From contig CAWJQU010000002.1 in NCBI GenBank assembly GCA_963845145.1, positions 320,001 through 384,000 on the forward strand: DNA of 64,000 bases. Reading direction: 5' to 3'. Position numbers and translations under genes: made by a program. The notes below the pieces were generated by a model, which ran no database searches, had not been told where the DNA came from, and saw only the letters and a program-made list of their open reading frames with translations. Below, piece after piece: positions 58,602 to 64,000 of this stretch (positions are counted from its first letter, which is position 1; each line of letters starts with the position of its first letter). This DNA comes from an uncultured delta proteobacterium. GTDB lineage: Bacteria; Desulfobacterota; Desulfobacteria; Desulfobacterales; QNYZ01.

Positions 58602-59978
58602 ATGAGCGATTATGATGTTGTTGTTATCGGTACTGGTACGGCCGGGCAAAGCGCCGCTTACGAATTGAAGAGAAACGGCCTGAACATAGCGGTTGTGGAA
58701 AGAAGCACGACTCCCGGAGGTACTTGCGCACTTGCCGGATGCCAAGCAAAAAAGTGGTTCTATGAAGCTGCTGAGATTGCTGCCAAAGCAAATCATTTAA
58801 AAGGCAAAGGCATCGTGGCCACCCCACAGTTATCTTGGACTGATGTGTTAAAGGAGAAAAATAAATTTACAGGTGCCGTCCCGGATGGCACCCTATCCGG
58901 TTTTAAGGAAGCGGGCATCAGCGTCTTCACAGGTGCCGCCCGTTTTTTCGATGACCATTGCCTTAATGTTGATGACCATACGATTTCATCCCGCTTTTTC
59001 GTCATTGCCACTGGTGCCCGCCCCATGGCGCTGCCCATCGATGGCATCCAAAACGCGATAACTTCCGATCAATTCTTGGAACTGCCGTCGCTGCCTCGTC
59101 GCTTTGTCTTTATCGGCGGCGGCTTTATTGCTTTTGAATTCGCGCATTTCTTGGCTCGTTTAGGGGCCGGAGATTCCCAGAAAACCGTTATTTTGGAAGC
59201 GGCACTACGACCGCTGGGCTCTTTCGACGCCGAAATGGTGTCCTTATTGGTGGCAGCCTCGAAAGCCGAGGGCATTGATATCCATACGGGTGTTAACATT
59301 ACTGCCATAGAGAGGCAAGGGAACGCCTTCAAGGTGCTAACAAAAGATGGGATTGTTTACGACACCGATACGGTCGTTCACGGTGCCGGCCGTCAGGCGG
59401 ATATCGAGGACTTGGGTCTGGATCTTGCCGGCATCGGCTTCTCACGCAGGGGAATTACAGTTAATAACAAAATGCAGACAACACATCCGCATATCTATGC
59501 GGTTGGCGATTGTGCGGCAACAATCCAGCTTGCCCGCGTTGCCGATGAAGAGGCTATGGTTGCCGCAGAATCCATTATGGGCAATCAAAACAGCGGTAGA
59601 TGGATGGCAATGGACTACTCGGCCGTGCCGTCAGTTCTTTTCACCTATCCCCAATATGGCATGGTTGGGACTACTGAAGAGGCTCTCAAGGCTGAGGGTG
59701 TCTCATATCGAAAGAGTTTCGGACAGCACCTCACTTGGCCGACCTACCGACGGATCGGCATGACCAAGGCGGCCTATAAAATCCTCGCCGGAGAAGATGG
59801 CACCTTGTTGGGAGCGCACATTCTCTCGGACAATGCCGCGGGAATTATCAATACCATTCGTCTCGCCATGCTGAATCAAATACCGGTGGAAACCTTATAC
59901 CGGCAAAGCATGATGTCACCCTACCCGTCTCGAGAGAGCGACATGCTTTATATGTTGAAACCACTGATTCGCAGATAA
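58602..59978 (+). CDS. Glutathione reductase-like pyridine nucleotide-disulfide oxidoreductase
   Basis: GTGTAG, GGTCALAGC, GGGFIAFE, IYAVGD. Confidence 0.9.
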   Translation: MSDYDVVVIGTGTAGQSAAYELKRNGLNIAVVERSTTPGGTCALAGCQAKKWFYEAAEIAAKANHLKGKGIVATPQLSWTDVLKEKNKFTGAVPDGTLSGFKEAGISVFTGAARFFDDHCLNVDDHTISSRFFVIATGARPMALPIDGIQNAITSDQFLELPSLPRRFVFIGGGFIAFEFAHFLARLGAGDSQKTVILEAALRPLGSFDAEMVSLLVAASKAEGIDIHTGVNITAIERQGNAFKVLTKDGIVYDTDTVVHGAGRQADIEDLGLDLAGIGFSRRGITVNNKMQTTHPHIYAVGDCAATIQLARVADEEAMVAAESIMGNQNSGRWMAMDYSAVPSVLFTYPQYGMVGTTEEALKAEGVSYRKSFGQHLTWPTYRRIGMTKAAYKILAGEDGTLLGAHILSDNAAGIINTIRLAMLNQIPVETLYRQSMMSPYPSRESDMLYMLKPLIRR

Positions 59979-60259
59979 CGACCAGGGGGTCGAGAGGTAG
60001 CATTTAAAATGAAATTACAAAAAGTTGGCGAATATTGAGGTTGATTGATACAGGTTTTGGCTGCTTTGGATAGTTTCATGGCTTTCCTTCTTGGGTTGAC
60101 CCTTTTGGAGGCCAAAAAATATGCGGCTGGAGAATGGAAGAAAGCTCATAACCAGAAAAACGGCTGGAAGGGGTGGAACATTATCATGCCTGGATGCGGG
60201 GTAAACAAAGATTTTCAACTCAGGTTGCAGAAGCTTATTCACTAATGAGATGATGACCT

Positions 60260-61324
60260 ATGCCGAAACAAAATCAAACACCAGAAAAATCCGATAACGC
60301 CAAAAAATATATAAACCTAGCCTTACAGGGAGGTGGGGCGCATGGGGCATTTACCTGGGGCGTTTTAGATCGAATACTGGAATCTGAACGAATTGAAATA
60401 GCCGCCATTAGCGGTACGAGCGTAGGCGCCATGAATGCGGTTGTCTTGGCGGACGGGATTATGGCAGGGGGTAAAGAGGGTGCCCGTGAAGCATTGGGCA
60501 AATTTTGGCGCGCTGTGCATGAAGCCGCAGTCTTGAGCCCTTTCCAGCGAACACCATTTAATATGATTACGAATAACTGGAATCTGGACTATTCCCCTGG
60601 ATATTTATTCTCGGATATTTATTCACGCCTGATGTCGCCGTATCAATCAAACCCATTGAATTGGAATCCCTTGAAGGAATTATTGACCAAACAGGTGGAT
60701 TTTGAACGGGTGCGGTCCTGTAATAAACTCAAACTATTTATCAGTGCCACAAGCGTTCACAATGGGCATGTCAAACGGTTTGACCGGACCCGATTGACCG
60801 TGGATAAAGTGATGGCATCGGCATGCTTGCCCTATATATTCCAAGCAGTTGAAGTGGATGGAGAGGATTATTGGGATGATGGTTATGCAGGCAATCCAAT
60901 TTTATATCCATTTGCCTACCACAGTGATGCCCGAGATATTGTTATCGTACAAATCAACCCATTGACCTGTCAAAAAACCCCTATAACTGCCCAAGATATT
61001 TTAAATCGCGTCAATGAAATTACCTTCAATGCCAGCTTGCTGCACGAATTGCGGGCCATTGATTTTATTGCCCGGCTGCTGGATGAAGGAAGTTTAGACT
61101 CTAACCGTTATCGAAAAATATTTATCCATTTGATCTCAGATGAGAAAGGGTTTGAACAGCTGAATGCATCGAGCAAACTGAATACGGAATGGAGCTTTTT
61201 AAAACATTTGCACTCCCTGGGATATGCCGCGGCTTCAAGCTTCCTAAAGAAACACTACGCTAGTATCGGGATTCATTCTTCAATGGACGTTCCAGGGTCA
61301 TTGCGCGGATGCACGACTAATTGA
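60260..61324 (+). CDS. Patatin-like phospholipase/esterase
   Basis: LALQGGGAHG, GTSVG, ASACLP, YWDDG. Confidence 0.88.
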   Translation: MPKQNQTPEKSDNAKKYINLALQGGGAHGAFTWGVLDRILESERIEIAAISGTSVGAMNAVVLADGIMAGGKEGAREALGKFWRAVHEAAVLSPFQRTPFNMITNNWNLDYSPGYLFSDIYSRLMSPYQSNPLNWNPLKELLTKQVDFERVRSCNKLKLFISATSVHNGHVKRFDRTRLTVDKVMASACLPYIFQAVEVDGEDYWDDGYAGNPILYPFAYHSDARDIVIVQINPLTCQKTPITAQDILNRVNEITFNASLLHELRAIDFIARLLDEGSLDSNRYRKIFIHLISDEKGFEQLNASSKLNTEWSFLKHLHSLGYAAASSFLKKHYASIGIHSSMDVPGSLRGCTTN

Positions 61325-61459
61325 ATAGTTCCTGCAGCAAAATCTCCCCTTGGAAAAGTCAACGCTTGATGAACGGGGTCAAGTTTACATCTTGAAATCT
61401 ATTGTTGGTTCGACGAAAAAAAATTATGCCATCCGAGTAACCGATGAGTTGGAAAAACA

Positions 61460-63388
61460 ATGGACTCTTTGACCCAGTTAACATTTGGGGCTGCCTGTGG
61501 AGAGGCAATTTTAGGTCAAAAGGTTGGAAGGAAGGCACTTGTTTGGGGTGCAGTCTTAGGAACATTACCTGATCTGGATGTCTTTATCCCCCTCGGCGGC
61601 CCGGTAAATGACTTTGTATACCACCGAGGCTTCAGCCATTCTCTCATCCTCCTGGCTCTCTTGTCGCCGATCTTCGCTTGGCTGATTTGGAAAATACATT
61701 CTGACACGAAACGTCATTATCGCGGATGGGTTCTGCTGTCCTTTCTTGTACTGGAAGCCTGTGTGCTGTTGGATCTGCTGACCATATACGGAACACAAAT
61801 CTTTTGGCCTTTTGATTCTACGCCCATGGCATTCCCGGTTCTATTCATCATTGACCCCCTTTTTACTTTACCGATTTTATCGGGCGTCATGGTGGCGCTG
61901 GTGCTAAACAGACATCGTTCGTTAGGCCATCGACTCAATACAATTGGCCTGCTTGTCAGCCTGGTTTATCTTGCCTGGGCGTTTGGTGCTAGGGAATTTG
62001 TCGAACGCAGGGTGACGGAAAAGCTTGCTCGCCAGGAGGTGTCCTATTCCCAGTTGGTATCCTCTCCGGCGCCGTTCACCACTTTGCTATGGCGGGTTGT
62101 GGGCATCGAGAAAGACAGATATTTCGAAACTTATTTTTCGCTATTCGAAGGGGAGACCTCGTTGTTCGTCGATTTCTACCCCAGAAACTTGGCATTGATG
62201 GCCGGAATAGAAGAACATCCTCCGGTTGTCAAACTGACAAGGTTCACCGAGGGGTATTATGCCTTTTCAACCGAGGGCGAGCATGTGGCCATGACCGATT
62301 TGCGAATGGGTTCAGAACCCGACATGCTGGGTGTAATTATCGGCCATACGGAATTGGTCATGGAACAAACGGATCTAGATTCCCCGATGTATGATGATCT
62401 TAAGGAGATCTATAAGGCGTCTCGCCGTTCAGCAGATCTCACCCGGCAGCTATTAGCGTTTGCCCGAAAGCAAATGACTGCGCCTAAGGTCATAGATATC
62501 AACGATACGGTAAGCGGGATGCTCAAGATGTTGCAAAGACTAATCGGCGAGGATATCGACCTGGTCTTTATGCCAGGGGCCAACCTGTGGCCAGTCAAGA
62601 TTGACCCTGGGCAAATTGACCAGATCATGGCCAATCTATGTATCAATGCCCGAGACGCCATTGGCGGGGTGGGTAAGGTCGCCATCGAGACTGAAAACAT
62701 AGTTCTGGATCAAGTCTTTTGTTCTGAGCATGCGGGTTCTATACCAGGTGATTATATCTTAATAAAGGTCATCGACGATGGTTGCGGTATGGACAACCCA
62801 ACATTGGAAAAATTATTTGAGCCATTTTTCACCACAAAGATGGTTGGTGAGGGGACCGGATTAGGCTTGTCCACCGTTTATGGGATCATAAAACAAAACC
62901 ACGGATATATTGATGTTTACAGCCAGCCGGGACAGGGGGCAACATTTAAAGTTTACCTCCCACGGACACATGCGATCTTAGAGACAAAAGAAAAACCAGT
63001 GTCGGGTGCAATCCAAAAAGGGACCGAGACAGTTTTATTGGTGGAAGACGAAGCGTCTGTTTTACGCTTGGCCAAGTCTGTACTTGAGCGATTTGGATAC
63101 ACAGTCCTTGAGGCGCAGACTCCTGAGGAAGCCCTGTCTATAGCTGAAAAGCACGAAGACCCGATTCATCTTTTAATCACGGATGTGGTGATGCCTGAGA
63201 TGAACGGTAAAGACTTAAAGTCGCGAATAGAGGACTTGAAACCCAATGTAAAAGTTATGTTTATGTCTGGCTACACGGCCGATGTAATCGTGCATCAAGG
63301 AATTCTCGAAGAAAATGTCCATTTTATCCCGAAACCATTTTCTGTTAAAGATCTTGCTGGTAAGGTGCGAGAGGTATTGGACGAGTGA
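61460..63388 (+). CDS. Chimeric ORF: YdjM-like metal-dependent membrane hydrolase fused to a hybrid histidine kinase fragment (HATPase + receiver) lacking the H-box His
   Basis: MDSLTQ, LPDLD, HRGFSHS ... DLRMGSEPD | MLGVIIG ... LTRQLLAFAR, NLCINARDA, DDGCGM, FEPFFTTK, GTGLGL, LLITDVVMP. Confidence 0.75.
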   Translation: MDSLTQLTFGAACGEAILGQKVGRKALVWGAVLGTLPDLDVFIPLGGPVNDFVYHRGFSHSLILLALLSPIFAWLIWKIHSDTKRHYRGWVLLSFLVLEACVLLDLLTIYGTQIFWPFDSTPMAFPVLFIIDPLFTLPILSGVMVALVLNRHRSLGHRLNTIGLLVSLVYLAWAFGAREFVERRVTEKLARQEVSYSQLVSSPAPFTTLLWRVVGIEKDRYFETYFSLFEGETSLFVDFYPRNLALMAGIEEHPPVVKLTRFTEGYYAFSTEGEHVAMTDLRMGSEPDMLGVIIGHTELVMEQTDLDSPMYDDLKEIYKASRRSADLTRQLLAFARKQMTAPKVIDINDTVSGMLKMLQRLIGEDIDLVFMPGANLWPVKIDPGQIDQIMANLCINARDAIGGVGKVAIETENIVLDQVFCSEHAGSIPGDYILIKVIDDGCGMDNPTLEKLFEPFFTTKMVGEGTGLGLSTVYGIIKQNHGYIDVYSQPGQGATFKVYLPRTHAILETKEKPVSGAIQKGTETVLLVEDEASVLRLAKSVLERFGYTVLEAQTPEEALSIAEKHEDPIHLLITDVVMPEMNGKDLKSRIEDLKPNVKVMFMSGYTADVIVHQGILEENVHFIPKPFSVKDLAGKVREVLDE

Positions 63389-64000
63389 TAATTGGGCTTA
63401 AATTATAATTCGTAGATTTTCTTTTTTCTCTATAATTTAAAGGATTTTTTATTGGAATACGAAAACTAAATTGACTAAGTGACCAAAAGAAGAAACTTTC
63501 ATTTCAGTCAACAATATTAAAAATACGTCCCTATTTTTTTATAACAAAGATTGTTATCCAAATTACAAATAAGCTGACATGAATATCATTTGATAGAAAT
63601 AATTTATAGCAAACTCACTTAATTCATCTAAGTGAAACACCTTTATTTAGAATTGTGGCGAATAAATCACACACAACATATTGTATATTTTTATCATCCC
63701 TCCCCATATATGGTACATAGGTTTAGTTCTATCTGATATCGACCGCTTCTTTCCTTCACTGAATTTCAAGTCGCATCCTCTGGTAAACTATTTGCATTAA
63801 AATTTAAGACTTAACGTAGAATTATTGAATTTAAAAACAATTATTTTCATAGGGAGCCCACGGAGAGAAGATATTTTGTATATTGTGTCAACTTGAGGTT
63901 GCGATGAGAGCAAAAGAAGGGTCTGAAATAACCGATACATTCACTAATAAATTGGACAATTTTTTGAGTCCCTTTGAGCTTGATCTTGAAGAAAAATCAA

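Noticed and set aside
63389..64000. AT-rich terminal stretch as ncRNA or mobile element end
   Set aside because: No ORF, repeat or stable structure could be supported; probably the upstream region of a gene outside the window.

Overview
Bacterial chromosomal segment. Gene content and protein styles suggest a sulfate-reducing Desulfobacterales-type organism (inference). Positions 1-48027 are mostly core genes: a degP/htrA 3' end, a HerA/FtsK-like ATPase, a PilZ/diguanylate cyclase/lipoprotein module, an M20 peptidase, an atypical pentaheme cytochrome c-rnfCDGEA operon, a radical SAM gene, the dcw cluster (mraZ to ftsZ, without ddl), mutT, a GcvT-GlyA fusion, a cysteine-less flavin disulfide-reductase homolog, and a DUF885 peptidase / ATP-grasp / methyltransferase operon. 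From about 48030 to the end the DNA is visibly more AT-rich and accessory: two fasciclins, USP, an IS1595 remnant, CBS, a Kef-type antiporter, a SolA-like oxidase, a CDGSH protein, patatin, several pseudogenes and a hydrolase-kinase chimera. The best candidates for undescribed biology are (1) the DUF885 + apparently re-permuted ATP-grasp ligase + SAM methyltransferase operon and (2) the Rnf variant with no adjacent rnfB and eroded flavin/NADH motifs in RnfC and RnfD. No rRNA, tRNA or CRISPR array was recognised. All family calls come from motif recognition by eye, not from database searches.
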